A DNA stretch of 64,000 bases from Camelus dromedarius (taxonomy: Eukaryota): NCBI RefSeq assembly GCF_036321535.1, contig NC_087437.1:63862001-63926000 (forward strand), in the 5' to 3' direction. A program made the position numbers and the translations under genes. This document shows, in pieces, positions 1 through 13,740 of the stretch. Position 1 is the stretch's first letter. Each line of letters begins with the position of its first letter. Under the pieces are notes generated by a model. The model ran no database searches. It worked only from the letters and a program-made list of their open reading frames with translations, and was not told the origin of the DNA.

Positions 1-184
1 CTCTTCTGCCTTTCCGCAGTGCCCTGACATGGACCTTCCACATAGGCCAGAGGGAGAGAGTAGAGCCACTTGGCCTGTATCACATTTTTTTCTGAGCCAG
101 AGCTGAACTTGTATGGAGCTAAGCCCTGGAGTTGTCAGGGTGTATTCATTTCTGCAGCTTAGCCTAGCCTGTTCTGACTAACAC
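1..184 (+). mobile_element. MaLR (MLT1-type) LTR 3' fragment
   Basis: Ends gcagcttagcctagcctgttctgactaaca, resembling old MLT1 LTR termini. Confidence 0.5.
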
Positions 185-489
185 AGCAGCACATTGGAGT
201 CAAGGGGCCTGATGTAGCCCTGCTGTCCTGCTACTTGAAAGTGTGATCTTGGGCACTGAACCCATCTGAAAAGGTAGAGAGTCAAGCCCTCTTGGGGTCT
301 CAAATTTGGTGAGTCTGTGAAGATCAGAGTTGAGTAAACACACTGGAGAAGGAAGGGTTTCTGGGCTTAGGGTGAAGAGGTGGGGCAGGTGTCTGCTATG
401 CCCAGGCTGTTTCTCAGCTTTGTTCTCAAGTAGAGTTATGGATCTAGCTGTGGAGAATGTCCAGCTCATAACTGGTTTGATTTTCTTGC

Positions 490-1100
490 CCATTCATTCA
501 TTCATCCACTCATTCATTCATGCAGTTTCCTGACCATTTATTATTTGTCAGGCACCATGCCAAGTGCTGATGTTTCACTGGTAAGCAGACAGGCCTTGCC
601 CTCGTGGAGCTCTCAGTCTAGTAGGGAAGTTATACACTGATGAGAAATCCTACTGGTAACAATAAAATTCCAGCTGTACTCAACACAAAAGAGAGAGAGA
701 CATAGGCCCATGTTGGCTATTGGAGGACATCATTTTGGGAGGTCAGAAAAGGCTTTTCAGAGGAATTAGATATTTGGCTGCAGTCTAAAGGAAGAGGTAG
801 AGGGTAACTAGGTAAAGAGGTGTGGGAGTGGAGTTTTCTTGGGAAAGGGACCAGCATTTGCAAACGCCCTGTGGCAGCATGGAACAGGGATTGAAATCAA
901 GGTAGTGATAGCAAGAGGTGATATGAGATGAGGCTGGAGATGCAGAGGGAGGCCGATAACACAAGCCCATGTAGCTGAGTTAAGGAGATTGGATTTTATT
1001 CCAAGAGACTTGGAAGTTATTGAAGTTTGAAGTGTGAGAGGATGTGTAGTTTACATGATCAAATTCATGTTTTGAAAGGATCATCTTGGCTGCTGTGTGG
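490..1100 (-). mobile_element. LINE-2 3' fragment
   Basis: (CATT)n tail followed by L2-like tgtcaggcaccatgccaagtgctg, gccctcgtggagctctcagtctagt and tttgaaaggatcatcttggctgctgtgtggag; boundaries approximate. Confidence 0.75.
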
Positions 1101-3409
1101 AGCATCAGTTCTTGTCTGCTCTGCCCTCAGCACCTGGAGGTGGACAGGTGTGTGTGTTTGCGTGGAGAAACACGTGTATGATTTTAGAAAAGCCACACTC
1201 CAAGGTTGCCTGCTTCTTGCCAGGGCACGTCTTTCCATTGGCCTGCCTCGGCACAGATAAAAAGGGCTCTATGCTTGAAACACCAGAGGATGAAACATCC
1301 CCAGGGGATGGCGGGAATTCACCAGATGCAAATCCTAATCCTGGGAAGAATGCTGGTGGAGAAAGGAACTATTGTCTAAAATTAAGCTTTGGGAATATTT
1401 CAGTGAAACTTCTTCTTCCTGCCTTTTTCTTGCTGAGGGCTTGGCGCTGGTTCCTTCCTCCTGCCTGCCCAGACTTCTCTCCTTCACCCTCTCTTTCTGG
1501 CCAGTTCATCCTCTGGTCTCACCCGGCCCCCTCTGCTCTGGGCGGCAGCTGGGGCTAACGGTGAGGGGTTCATTGTTATGTGTATTTTAGACCTCCCTGG
1601 GTGTGCACCTGGTGGGTGGACTGGCTGTCGGCCAGTGTGATTTCCACTGAGCAAGTTACATCCTGAGGCCTCAAGTAAAGGAAAGGCCTCCAGGAACAAG
1701 TGTCCCCTCCTCCTGATGAGACATTTTTCAAAAATATGTAGCCTGGGCAGGGAGGCCCCAGGTGGAAAGAACTTAACAGTCCTCAGAAGATATTCTCATT
1801 TCTCTTATGGAAGTGCCAGGTCCAGAGCCTGCCCCTGTACTCCTTAACTGTGACACCTCGGCTACACTCTTGGCATTTCCTTGCTCTTTAATCCTGTGGG
1901 CCCCCAGACCAAGGACCACCTTAGTCGCAGTCCTGCTGAGACAGACAGACCTGCCCAGCTGTCCTTGAGTCTTGCCCCACTGCAGCCCCTACCCCTTGCA
2001 GAGCAGGCAGATTGAGGGCTTCCCTGTCTGCTGCACACATGTCCCCAAACAGCCATGAAAGATGTCAAGTTTGGGGCTAAAAAACCCATATCACTATCAC
2101 CACCATAATGCCCACCACTACTCTAAAGTCTTGCACGGAGCCCAGCCGTGGGACTCTTCTAGACCTCCTCACTGTGAGAGCCCAAGAATCACTGAGACAG
2201 ATGCTGACGTGGATAGGTGAACAAGGTGTTTGCTACGCAGGGCTAAACGAGGCCTTCGAAGTCACCCTGCCCAGCTTCCCAGCTGTCTACCTGCTGTGCG
2301 ACTGCCCCATCCAGCATCCCCAGATGCCAAAGTGTACAGCACCCAGTGGGCCCTCATTGAACACTGAAGGATGAAGCCAGCCTTTAGAAGCCTCATGTCC
2401 CTCTGATGCCTCGTGCATTCTTGGGGCAAACTCTTAGCCACAGACATTCTTTGTCAAGAAAGCAAGATTGTGCCTGCTGACCTTGGTTGTAAATATCCTT
2501 CATTCTCCAGGTTGCTCTGAAAACCAGGAACAGAGCAGCCTGTCCCAGCTGGGTGGCTGAGCCCAGAGCAGGGTAGGTTGGGGTGTTTGGGGGATGCCTT
2601 GACACTTGACCATCAGAGCCCGAGTCTCCAGGAAGGACACCCTGTGGAGAGCCCTCTTGGCTGAGATTACTGGCAGCAGGACCTGGGAAAGCTCAGCGCC
2701 TGGTTTCTCTCTGTTTGTCATCCACTGAGGAAAAATGAGAGTGTGCTTCCTTCTTAGAGGCAGAGCTGTTTATATCTCAGGATCTTGAAACACGCGTGCA
2801 TGCTTTCACACGCATGGACTTGGAAATAATAAGCCCCCCACTTTGGACTCCGTCGCAGTGAGCAGACACTAACCAGATCCTGTCCATCCCCCCCACCCCC
2901 CGGAACAGATGTGCTTCCCTGGGGAAGGGACTCTCATAGGGGTGGCAGTGTCATCGAGACATGGGGCCTGTGGAGGGGATGAGGGATGGTGGGAGTGTCA
3001 GTGTTCTGGAGGGTAACTGGTGAAGACCTGAGCTGCCGGTGAAGGTTAGGTTATGTGGGAGAAGAACACAAGGAGCAGAGACTCAACAGCATCCATCATG
3101 TGGACTCAACTCATTGTCTGCCCCATACTTGGTGCCCTTCTCAACTTTTCCATCTCTGCCAAGGGTCCTCTAAACATTTGAGTCTCCCCAGGCTTGGGGT
3201 GGGTTATTCCCAAATTTTGTCACTACTTTCCTCATGGAATCTCTTGGATTCATCTCTGCTTTCCAGCCCCACACCCATTCTCATCCCCCTAATGCAACAG
3301 TATTCCTGGCCTGCAGACCCAGCCTCCCAGTTGGTAGATGCTGTGGCTCCTCCCTTTTGCCATCTCAGTACCTCTTTGCAACTGCAAACAACTTATTCTT
3401 CCTTCTTGG

Positions 3410-3600
3410 GGGCCAGTGTAGCATAGTGGTTAACCACTTCCTAGCTGTGTGAACTTGGACAAGTTGCTGAACCTTGCAAATGTCCTTGTCTGTAAAATGG
3501 GAATTCTAATTGCACTCATCTTGTAGGACTGTCATGAGAATTAAAGGAGGTTATACCTGCACATTGTAGGCACTCAATAAGCAGCAGTTGCTATTAAATA
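3410..3600 (+). mobile_element. MIR SINE
   Basis: MIR core cacttcctagctgtgtgaacttggacaagtt ... tctgtaaaatggg ... gcactcaataa. Confidence 0.75.
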
Positions 3601-3785
3601 TCATTTCATCATGAAACTCCCCCCACCCCTCACCAACCTGCAGGGGCTCCTTACTGCTTATGATACCAAGCCAAGCTTCCCATCCTGGTAGACAGTGGTT
3701 GACATCAGGACCACAGCTCGGTGCAGTGTTATCACCTGTCACTCCCTGTTCCTTCTGTGGCCTCTTTACAGCCATGCCATGATTT

Positions 3786-3930
3786 ATTTATTTATTTTTA
3801 ATTTTGTTGTTGTTGTTGAGGGGGGAGGTGATTAGGTTTATTTGTTTATTTTTAGAGGTACTGGGGATTGAACCCAGGACCTTGTGCATGCTAAGCATGA
3901 GCTCTACCACTTGAGCTATACCCTCCCCCG
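3786..3930 (-). mobile_element. Camelid tRNA-derived SINE (Vic-1 type), full length, 12-bp TSD
   Basis: Minus strand GGGGGAGGGTATAGCTCAAGTGGTAGAG...GGTTCAATCCCCAGTACCTC (A and B boxes) plus A-rich tail; TSD ATGCCATGATTT at 3774-3785 and 3931-3942. Confidence 0.9.
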
Positions 3931-6900
3931 ATGCCATGATTTTTTTGAGGGCTGTCACTTTCATCTGCAAATTTTCCCTCCCCATCCAAACCCTAGTTAG
4001 CTCCGCACCCAAACCTCACCACCCGCTCCCTGAAGCCTGTCTTGGCCTCCGTGGCCCATAGAGATGTTTGCAGTCTTAACCCAGCCTTCTTGCTTTTCAT
4101 CCATTTGTATGGTTTCTCCTGTGTTTTCCACCTAACTGTGAGTGCCTTGAAGGCAGAGGCCACATACTGATTTGACTGCCCTATTATGGAGAGTTGGGAG
4201 TTGACGGTGCTGATCAGCAGAAACTTCTCCATCAAATATAGGGAGGGCTTATCCTGACTGAATAGGAGCCAAAAGGTCAAGAGATGTATCCAAAGGTTAC
4301 CAAGTGACCACGCAGATGAAATGGGACTGGACTCCGGCCCAGGGCCTGTGCTCCCTCAGGCCTGATCCCCTCCTACCTGGGGGGCTCTTGGCTTCTTGGC
4401 CAAATTCCGCAGCTCAGCCAGTGGCAGTGATGAAAACCTGGCCCAGCCCTGCAAGTGCCTGCAGCAGTCTGTTTTGACAAGGGCAATTTAGCTTATGTGG
4501 CTTGTGCTAGCACTTGAGATGCTCACCAGGACTCCAGCCTCAACTCCATCCCCAGGGCCTTTTAAGACAGAAAGGGTGGTCACTGCTGCGAGACCGTGGG
4601 GGTGGGGGGACAAATTCTCCCCACCCCACCCCAAGCCCTCGTTCTCCCAGCCCCATTCTGGCTCCTGAAGCAGCCCAGCTGAGACTGGTAGGCTCCAAGA
4701 GTCCCCCATCCCTCTGGGTGTCCATCCAGTTAGCTGCATTAAGCTAGGAAGCCAGAGGCATGGATAATACCAAACGGCAGAGGATTTCTAAATGCATTTG
4801 ATAGTTTGGAATGCACTGCATGATTTGTAGCAGACTTCCTCTCTTAATTATTTTGGGCTCATGCTGAGGTCAGATCAATCTGTACTCCTTGCGTACATAT
4901 CACTGCCTGGAAATGGCCAGGGTGAGGACAAGCCAACCATTCCTTGACGTGTTTGCCCATTCTCCTGCTCACCCAGCATTTATCAAGTACCTGCAGCGTG
5001 CTAAGCATGGCTTGGTGTGTGGAGGCTCTGCAAAATGTTGTCTCTGCACGCAGAGAGCAGCCTGGCTGACCCTGGGTAGTAATCTGCTGTGGATAATTCC
5101 CAGAGTGGATGAGGACCTGAACTGACCAGGAGAGAACCAGCTGCCAAGTGCCCATCTTTCCAAGCACCTCTACCCTCTCCTCTGCTTGTCAGGGTTCAGG
5201 TTCCCTGGGGTTCAAGGTGGCTTTGCCAGACTTTGCTGTCTGCTGTAGCTGTGGCCCTCTTTAAGAAAGCCTGGTTGACAAACATCCAGACTTGCAAAGC
5301 TGATTTATTAGAGGAGTGGCCGTTTGCTTCAGACCAGGTTCACCCAGGGCTTCCTCTCCACGGCAGCTCCCTCAGTGCAGACCTTGATCCACAGCAGACT
5401 GTCAGGAGTGGCCCTGTTGCTGGCCACAAGCCCGGCTGGGCTTTCCTGCCCTCACTGCTGGTGTGGGCAGGGCACTGGGTGGTTTGGTGGTGGGGAGGCG
5501 GGCTGCTGTGTTCCTCGCCTCTCTGGTTCTCACGTTCTGTCACTCCAGGCACATGTGTGTGGCTGGGAATGGGGAGCATCTGGTGTTGCTGGCTCGGGTT
5601 CCACTCCAGTGTCTTTTCTGTCTGCATCCACCCCTGAGCCCTGGGAAGGACTCTGCTTCCCCAAGATGGGGAGGAGAAAGGAATCTCCTGGTTCCTCTCG
5701 CCTGAGCGCTCTCGGGATTGAGGTGCCGTTTGGGGGTTGATATCCTGCCCCACAGGGCATTGTGATGCTTTCCCGGATCCCACAGCATTCCCGGGAAATG
5801 CTCCCTCGGCCTGCGTTCTGGGGGCGGAGCAGAGTGCTGCTGCCCGGTCTTTGGGGAGAAGTGAGGAGGACTGGCTGCAGCAGGGCTGGGGTGGGTATGG
5901 GCAGCTGGGACTGACAGCAGTCGGCCTTCTAGCAGGGAACATGGGGGTAAACTGAAGCAAAAGGAGAGGCATGGGCCTGATGTGGGAGCTCACCTTTCAG
6001 GAGAAGTCAAAGGCTCTTGAATGTGCCCTGGGACCGAGAGGCAAAGGGACTGAAGGAAAGGCTTATCCGATGGTGGTGCTGGGGTATCAGGGACACCTCC
6101 AGGGCCAGGTGAGGGCTGAGCTGGGGTACACTTTCCTCCCCCAACTCAAATAACTTTTTGGAGAAAGAAAAGAACTTGGATTGCAGAAAACAAAGAGGAA
6201 AAAGGGCCCAAGGATGAGAGGGAAACCGCTGGGCTGGGGGTCCCAGGCCCTCTGTCATGTCTCACTGCACCTCAGGGACTTTGTTGCCCCACTCTCTCCA
6301 AACCCCCCAACTCTCCTCCAAATCTGGCTCAGGAGAAGCCCGAGGCCCAGCTGCTCCTGAGACGAGGCCCGTGGGCACCTTTTGTTTCCTGCACTGCTGA
6401 ACGGAAACACTGAGGGCTCGTTAGATAAGAAGCTAAGGTTCACCTGCCTGAGCTGGCCCAGGCCTGGCAGCTTGCTGAGATACCCCCTCCCTGGGAAGCT
6501 TTGGTCTTTGCTTCCACTTCCCAGTGAGGGCCTGTTGTCCCCAGGCCAGAGCCTGCAGAGGCCACTGGACACAGGAGAGGAGCCTCCTTCTCCAGCAGGG
6601 GTGGTCCCCATCTTCGGAGGCCTCTGTCCTCAGGGCTGTGGGAGCAGCAGCCTTGTCCAGTCCTCCAGGCCCGGGTGAGAGAAGCCAGGTTGCCTGTGCA
6701 CAGGGTCCTGAGGCTCCAGACTAGAACCCTTGTGGGTCTGGTCACGTGTCACTTTCGCTGGGAGATGCTCTGGGAAAAGCCCACAGCCCTGTTCCTGCGC
6801 TTGAAGACACTTGACAAATACCGATCTACGTTCTTATCCTCCCACTGCACTCCCCTCCGGGACTGGGCAGAGATTGGTTGGGGTTCTCAGTTTCTTGCTT

Positions 6901-6969
6901 TCACTCTGTCTAAACCCAGATAGGCAGAGGGAGAATAATTGCTCTTCTGGCATTGTGTATTATTGCTCT

Positions 6970-7145
6970 ATTTAGTTTACCAATAGTCCTTGAGAGGTAG
7001 ATAGCATCTCTCTATTTTCTAGGAGAAGAATCTGAGGCTGTCTAAGGTAACATTACTCAGTCTACACCACTCATCTCGTAAGTAACTGAGCCGGGACCTG
7101 AACCCAGGTCTTCTGACACCAGGTCCCCTGTCCTTTCCCTGTGCC
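6970..7145 (-). mobile_element. MIR SINE
   Basis: gagaagaatctgaggct ... gagccgggacctgaacccaggtcttctgac matches the reverse MIR core. Confidence 0.65.
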
Positions 7146-7499
7146 ATGCTTGAGATAATGCAGAGCCTGCTTCTCCTTCCCCTGGGGCCTCTGTTTCCCG
7201 GCTTGTGGAGTGCAGCCACTCCACTTCTTTCCGTCCTTGAGGATCCAGCCAGTCCTTCTGCTTCGTCTCTGGTCTGGTTTCTGGGCTCAGGTCCAGTTCT
7301 TGTCAGGACCACTGCCTTGGAAACCTTCCCCTGTTTTTGAAGTGGGCTTCCCCTCTTCACACCTCTGACCCTATCCTGCCTTCCCGTAGCTCCTGCGCTC
7401 TGCATGTTGTGGATTCTCCCTTCTGCACTGAAGGAGGTGGTGGGAGAGGAGGAAGAAGGGTGGGATTAGGCTCTATTGGATGCTCCAATTTAGAAACCT

Positions 7500-7953
7500 C
7501 TGCTGTTTTCAGGTATGTTCATGTAACAAAGAGACACCAAGATACAGTGACTTTCAGAAGATGAGAGGTTCTTTCTTTCTCAGGTAGTAGTCCTAAAGTG
7601 ACCTGGTCCAATTCCATGAGGTTGTTCCACTACCCATGAGGACATTATCCTCATCTGTAAAGTCAAAGCTAGGTTTGAAGGCTACTCATATTCCAGCCTT
7701 GAAGAAAATGAAAAAAAGTGCTGGTCCAGGTAGGGCAAGGGACTTGTCTGATGATGGAGAGGGAAGTGGCATGGAAGTGGCACACATCACTTCTGTTCAC
7801 ATCCCTGCAACCTGAATGTAGTCACATGACCACACCTAGCTGCAAGGTTGGCTGAGAAATACTCCAGCTGGGCAGCCATGTGTCCAGCTACTGTGTGATG
7901 TTTTAGAAGAAGGGGAGAATGAATTTAGGTGGACAACTAACAGTCTCTGTCAC
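7500..7953 (-). mobile_element. Old MaLR LTR (MLT1J/K/L-like)
   Basis: cacatcacttctgttcacatc, tagtcacatgaccacacctagctgcaagg and ggacaactaacagtctctgtcac are typical of old MLT1 LTRs. Confidence 0.65.
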
Positions 7954-10569
7954 GGCCTTTAAAATTATTGTTTAAATAAAAAGGTTAATCTTAATTATCT
8001 ACTTTAAAGGTACATGGTGGGAGGGTGGTAGTATGATGATCTGTAATCCATCCGATGGCCTTCAAGCTGAGAGTATGTTTCTGGAGGGCAGGGGGTCAGT
8101 CTGCACATGAACATCTGCCACACTTTTCCCACTGGGTGCTTTTTATAGACTTGCATCGGTAGTGGTTGAGTTTAATGGCTCACCCCTTGGCACCCAGGGC
8201 ATGTCTCTACTGGCCCTGAGGAAGAATACTTAACTCTTATTACTTCTTTTGTCCCAAGAATTGGGCCCTTAGTCTCAGTGCCAGCCCTGGTTTACCTTCC
8301 TACCCCTTGTTAGCAGGACAACTAGGAGTGAGTGGTAACTGGGGCCAACTCTTGGTTTTCTCTTGGGGAGAGTGAGTTACATCATAGAGAAGGCCCCCAG
8401 AGTCCTAGGATCTCAGGGCCCTTGGGAAGCAGCTGAGAGATGTGAGGTCACGTTCTCCGGCTTTACATAAGAAGAAACCTCCTGGAACCCAGCAGACTTG
8501 CCAAGGTGTCCCAGCCTATGAGGAAGCGGGCTGATGCTACAATAATCCAGATCCTTGCTATTCACCAACCCTTTCCACAAGCCTCATTTCCACATCATCT
8601 CATTTCCCCTCCCAGGCCAGCCTTCAGGGATCTCGCAGTGATCTGTCTGCTTGAGGCCAGCCAGCCAGTCAGGGACTCACCGAGACCACACCCGGGTCTC
8701 CCAGGTCCCAGCCCAACAGAGCTGTGCACCTTAGGACACATAAACTTGCCTCTGGGCTCCTTTCTCTGGTAGAAACCATCTCCAAGCCCTTAGCACCCAT
8801 GACAGTTAACAATACATTTGTTGTTCATCTTTCTTGGCCTCATCTGTGTTTCATTTAATTCTGATGCAGCCCTTTGCATTCCCATAGATGGGGGTCCTGT
8901 AACCTTCCTCCCACCTTGTGCTCGATGCTCAGTGTCAGAGGCAAAGACTGCCGGGGGTCTGGACTGTCTTCTGATGTATGCTGGAATATTCAAGGCCTTG
9001 AAAGTGCCCTGCAACCCTCAAAGTCCTTTTCATCCATGTATTCATTTCATGAGCAAATTTTTTGGTTTCTGCTGTATGTCAGCCTCTGTCCTGGAGGGTG
9101 AGGGTAGAACAGTGAGCAGAAGGAGGCATGACCAGCTCCTGGGGGCTTTCATCCAGTTCTCACCCCTCCCAGCAGTTCAGGGCCTAGTTTACACTGCTTT
9201 ATACCTGTAACATGTTTGCACTGGGAAAATCCACAGGTGTCCTTAGCTCCATTTCAGAGCTAGCCCCGGAGGTTATGTGACTTGCCTGAAGTCACAAGGC
9301 CAACACCCAGGTCCGCTGACTCCCAGCATAGCACTCCTCCCATTGTATCTCCTTGCCTGTCTCTCCAGGCAACCTCTGGGGAACCCCCAGAATCCCTGCT
9401 GAGGTACTTGATGGAGCTGGCAAGCCTGCCTTGTCCTGAGCAGCCCCCGGGTACCTCTCCATCCTGGGTCTTTCACAGCAGGCCCAGGCCTGCCACACAG
9501 ATAGACGCAGCCCCATACATGCTCTGCACTTAGGTTGAGGTTAGGTAAGTAGCTTGATGCCAATTTCACTTTCTCTTTAGCGTTTCTTTTTTCTTTCCAA
9601 GTTCAGCAGACCTAAAACAGATCCCTGGAGGTGAGGAGCGGAGGGAGGAAGGAGATGTGGGAGGGGAAGGCACGAGGGAAAGCCGCACTTCACCTGTGTG
9701 GGGTGCAAAGCCAAACGCAGTGTTTGGGGTGGGGTGCTCCTCCCCCTGCTCCGATCCCAGCATCGTGTCAGCCCCTTCCGTCCACCTCCACAGCCAGCAT
9801 CATCCTCAGCTGTCACTGCTGCTCACCTAGAACAATGAAAGCTTGTCTGACTTTCCTGGAAGGGGGAGGAGGACGCTGAGGGTGGGGGAACTCGGGGAGG
9901 TAGGACTGGATAATTGTTCTCTAAGATGAGATTTGGGGAGGAGAGAAACTTCATTTACACTCAGATTATAAGTAAACTTCTAGCCCGCGAAACTTCTTGC
10001 CAGGCCACAGAGCAAACTCCCTTACCGCCGAGGTCGGGGAACTGCATGGGAAGCAGTTTATGGATGGCAAAGCCCCATCTAGCTTCTCTTGGAAGCCTTT
10101 CCAAAGCACTCCCACCGAGCCAGCCTGTCCGTCACCCTCATCCCCTCTGCCCCAACTCATGTCCTTGGTTTGTGTGGGAATGCGTCTGTGTTTCCACACT
10201 GCGTTGTACATGTGATTCCCACACCTTGGGGGTGGGTCAGGAGGGCCATTGCCTGGCATAGATTCTGGAGGACTCTGGCTTCCTCTGGGATTCCCCACAG
10301 ATGCGGCATGGGTCAGATGGAGACTTCTGTGTGATATCAGGAATGACTTGCTGTCTTAAAGCTGCAGCTGATATGCTGAAATATCGAGCATTTCATTGTC
10401 TTTCAGGGTAATGGGGGACAGAATATTTGAAATCGATTTCCCAGAAAATCCTGGAAGTGGTGTCTCTGTTCATAGTGGAATGCTAAGGACGGTGGTGGTG
10501 CTGCCGTGGTGCTGCATGGCCGCTCCCTGGACCATCCCAGGTAGTAGATACCTTGGCCATCACCCATTG

Positions 10570-10730
10570 CCTCTCTGGTTTTATGGATGAGGAAGCTGAA
10601 CTCCACAGAAGACAAGTGATTTGCTTAGAGCCACAGTGCTTACTTTTTGGCGGGGGGAGCGGTGGGGGAGCAAATCCAGGATGAGAATTTAGCTCCCAAA
10701 TCCATAGTCCTTTCTGTACACTGTGCTGCC
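10570..10730 (-). mobile_element. MIR SINE
   Basis: ttttatggatgaggaagctga ... aagtgatttgcttagagccacag ... ctgtacactgtgctgcctc. Confidence 0.65.
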
Positions 10731-11244
10731 TCCAGACATTTATTCATTGCTCTTAGGCTACCCTTTCTCCCCATGATTTTAAATTCATATACCTTCCCAA
10801 AGCTTGCAAGTTTCATGACATGCTGGAAACATTGACATCCTACCTAAACAGTCTTAATACCTCAGTCTATACCTGAGCCCCTGTCTGAGACCTTCTGGTC
10901 CCTGGGGGTCTTATTGTTGAGCCTCAGCCTCCAGACACCCCTGTCCCTTTTCTCCTGCACATTTCTTGCTCCTAAAATCCAGAGGGAGTGTCTCCTGCAG
11001 GGTGCGCCATCCTGAAGTCTGCTCTGAGCCTGGTAGATGAATGAATCTAAGTCTTTGGAAGATGAACCCCTAAAGGGCAGGGAAGGAGGCCAGTCTCTCT
11101 GTGGCCCAAAGGTGGGGCTCTCGGTCAATTCACTGTTGAGTTTTCCAAAACACCAGTTTGACAGTCTGCAAATCAGCTTGTGATCTGTCCCTTGTCCACT
11201 GTGCTCCCGGTCCCTCTTGCTTTGCCTCCCTCTTTGTTCTGTAG

Positions 11245-11522
11245 CTGTGCTGTCCAACAGAAATATAATGAGAGTCACATGCATAATTTTAACTTTTCCA
11301 ATAGCCAAAAAATGTTTTAAAAAAAATGAATGAAATTAGTTTTAACAATGTATGTTTATTTCACCCAGTATCTCCAGAATATCCTTTCAACGTGTACTTA
11401 AAATAAAAACCATTTCAAATGCTTGTGTATATTTTACTTTCAGCACCCCTCAGTTCAGACTAGTCACATTCCAAGTGTTCACAGCCGCGTGTGGCTGGCG
11501 GCTGCCTTTGTGGGTAGCGGTG
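11245..11522. mobile_element. hAT-Charlie DNA transposon relic (MER33-like)
   Basis: Starts ctgtgctgtccaacagaaatataatgagagtcacat and ends gtggctggcggctgcc...ggtagc. Confidence 0.75.
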
Positions 11523-12099
11523 CCTGCAGCTCTGCGGTCCTGTCCTCCTTTGCCCCTGGAGTCCTCCCCTCCCTCTGCTGAATCTGATAAATCAGGTTCT
11601 CCTGCTTTTCCCTCCACTCTCTGAGAGTCACCTTTACACAATGTCCCCCTCACCACCCCTATGTCTTAACCCTTTGCAGTCTGGACCCCTCTTCGACCTA
11701 ATCTCCCTCAGAGGGCACCCATGGGGCCCTGACAACCTCTGATTCACGGTACCTTTTCAGCCTCTTCCACAGACTTTACTTGGTTGGCCCTCCAACTCTT
11801 CCTTTAATCTCCCCTTTCCAGTTAGCTTTCATGGCGCTGTCTCACTCATTCCTCTCGCCCTGGAACCAGCCCTTCCCCAGACTTCCCTTCCCCTGGAGAG
11901 TCACTCCTGGCAGATGCCTTGCTTGGGACATCCTGAACACCATTCCTCCTTCCCTTTGCAGGTTCCCAGCCCGCCTCAGGCCCTGGTCCTTCTCATCTGT
12001 GCCATTTCCCACCTCTCTTTTTGCACCTTCCTTGTCACTACATCTTTCCCGGCTGTCCAGTTCATCTTCCCGAAGTGCAGCTCTGATCACATTTCCCTG

Positions 12100-13740
12100 T
12101 TGAAAGCCTGCAGCATTCAGAGCTGTAATAACAGGGGAACATGCTTATGTTATAATGTTGAGTGAAAAAAGGCAGAATACCAGATTACAGAAATAGTAAG
12201 ATCCCAGCGTCACAAAAGCAAAAACAAAAAACCATGAGTAGATAGGAAGGAAAGAAAGAAAGAATGAACAAATAAGGGAGGGAGGGAAGGAGTGGAGAGA
12301 GGCAGAGAAGGAAGGAAGGAAGGAAAGAAGGAAGGAATAAACCAGTTAACACTGGTTGTCTTTAGCAGGTAAAATGATTTTTTATATGATTCTGAAATGT
12401 TCTCTAATGAACGCACATTTTATAAATTGGAAAGTTAGTGTACTTTTATTTTTGGAAATGCAGCCACCAAGAGGTTTTAATGCTTCCTGGGTCATGCGCC
12501 AGCTCCTCACCCTGACATGGATGTCCTTGGTGATCCAGCTGTGAGCCCCACCCCATCTCTGGCCAGTCCCCCTGGCCGGCTCTGTCCCAGTCAGCATTGA
12601 CTTCCTTGTATTTCCCGGGCAGCCTTGCACCTTTCTCCCTCCACCCCTTTATTAGGGTTGTTTTTGCCACCTGGATGCCCCTCCACTGCTGTGCTGGCTG
12701 CCCGGATCCTGCCTACGCTGCAAGTTCCATATCCAGACAGTTTTAGCCTTCCTAGTCTCTACTGCCCAGATATGACTTCTTTTTCTTGTTCAAATCTCTT
12801 TCCCATTTGACTTATTCTGCCTGGTTTTGTTGGCATTTGAATTCTCTTGTCTTCTATGTAGAGCGAGCAGTTCCTTCAGCCTGCCATGCTCAGAGTAAAA
12901 GCATGTATGTTTTTCCTCTTTTTAATATAAATTTGACATTTTTCTCTTTTAAGATTCATATGTATGATAGAGAAGTAGGAAAGCATTCAATGGTCTAAAG
13001 AAAAAAGTTAAAAATGCTTACAATCCCAGCACCTTGAGACATTCTATCACTGTTAACATACATCTATTTTTAGTTGGGATCATACTGAATATGCAATTCT
13101 GTATTCTCTTTTTACCCTACTTGACATTATATTTTGAAAATTTCCCCATGATGTTGAATTTTCGTCAAATAAGACATTTTAAAGGCCTTGACATACTCCA
13201 GGGTATTGAAGCATTGTCATTTGTTTAATTCTCCTCCAGTTGTTCAGCAATTAGCTGTTCCTCACTTTTTAATTTTCTCATGATCCTTGGGTATAAAGCC
13301 TTGCCCAAGCTAGTAGTTTCTGCAGCACAGATTCCTAGGAAGGGACTGAATCTGGGCTGAAGAATATGAACATTCCTAAAGCTCTTCATACACACTGCCA
13401 AATTGCTTTCCAGAAGGGTTGTGCCTTCACATCCCCACTAATGATGTGGGAGGGTCTCTGTTCTGTTACGTTCTTGCCAACATTACTATAGTGGAAAAAG
13501 AAAAAAAACTTTGTTAGTTTAATAGGCAAAACACTGTTTTCATTTGTACTTTTTTACTTTCCAGTGAGATTCACATTTTTTTCATATCAAGTGTTTATAA
13601 GTCATTTGTAGTTTTACTTCTTTGAATAGCCTCTTCATCTACCTTATCCGTTTTTCTGTTAAATTCTACTTATTCCTTGTTCAGCTATAAACCACTTCAT
13701 ATAGTAAGAATTTGGCCCCTCTGCCATATTTGTTGTTAGT
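12100..13740. mobile_element. Degenerate ancient L1 (L1ME-like) fragments, with a GGAA/GGGA purine tract at about 12240-12340
   Basis: ataatgttgagtgaaaaaaggcagaata (+ strand); acacagattcctaggaagg and cactgccaaattgctttccagaagggttgt (- strand). Unique sequence may lie between the fragments. Confidence 0.55.

Noticed and set aside
3855..3930. tRNA-Ala-like gene on the minus strand (also at about 53920-53990 and 62860-62920)
   Set aside because: It continues into a conserved non-tRNA body and A-rich tail, is flanked by TSDs and occurs in three copies, so it is a SINE rather than a tRNA gene.
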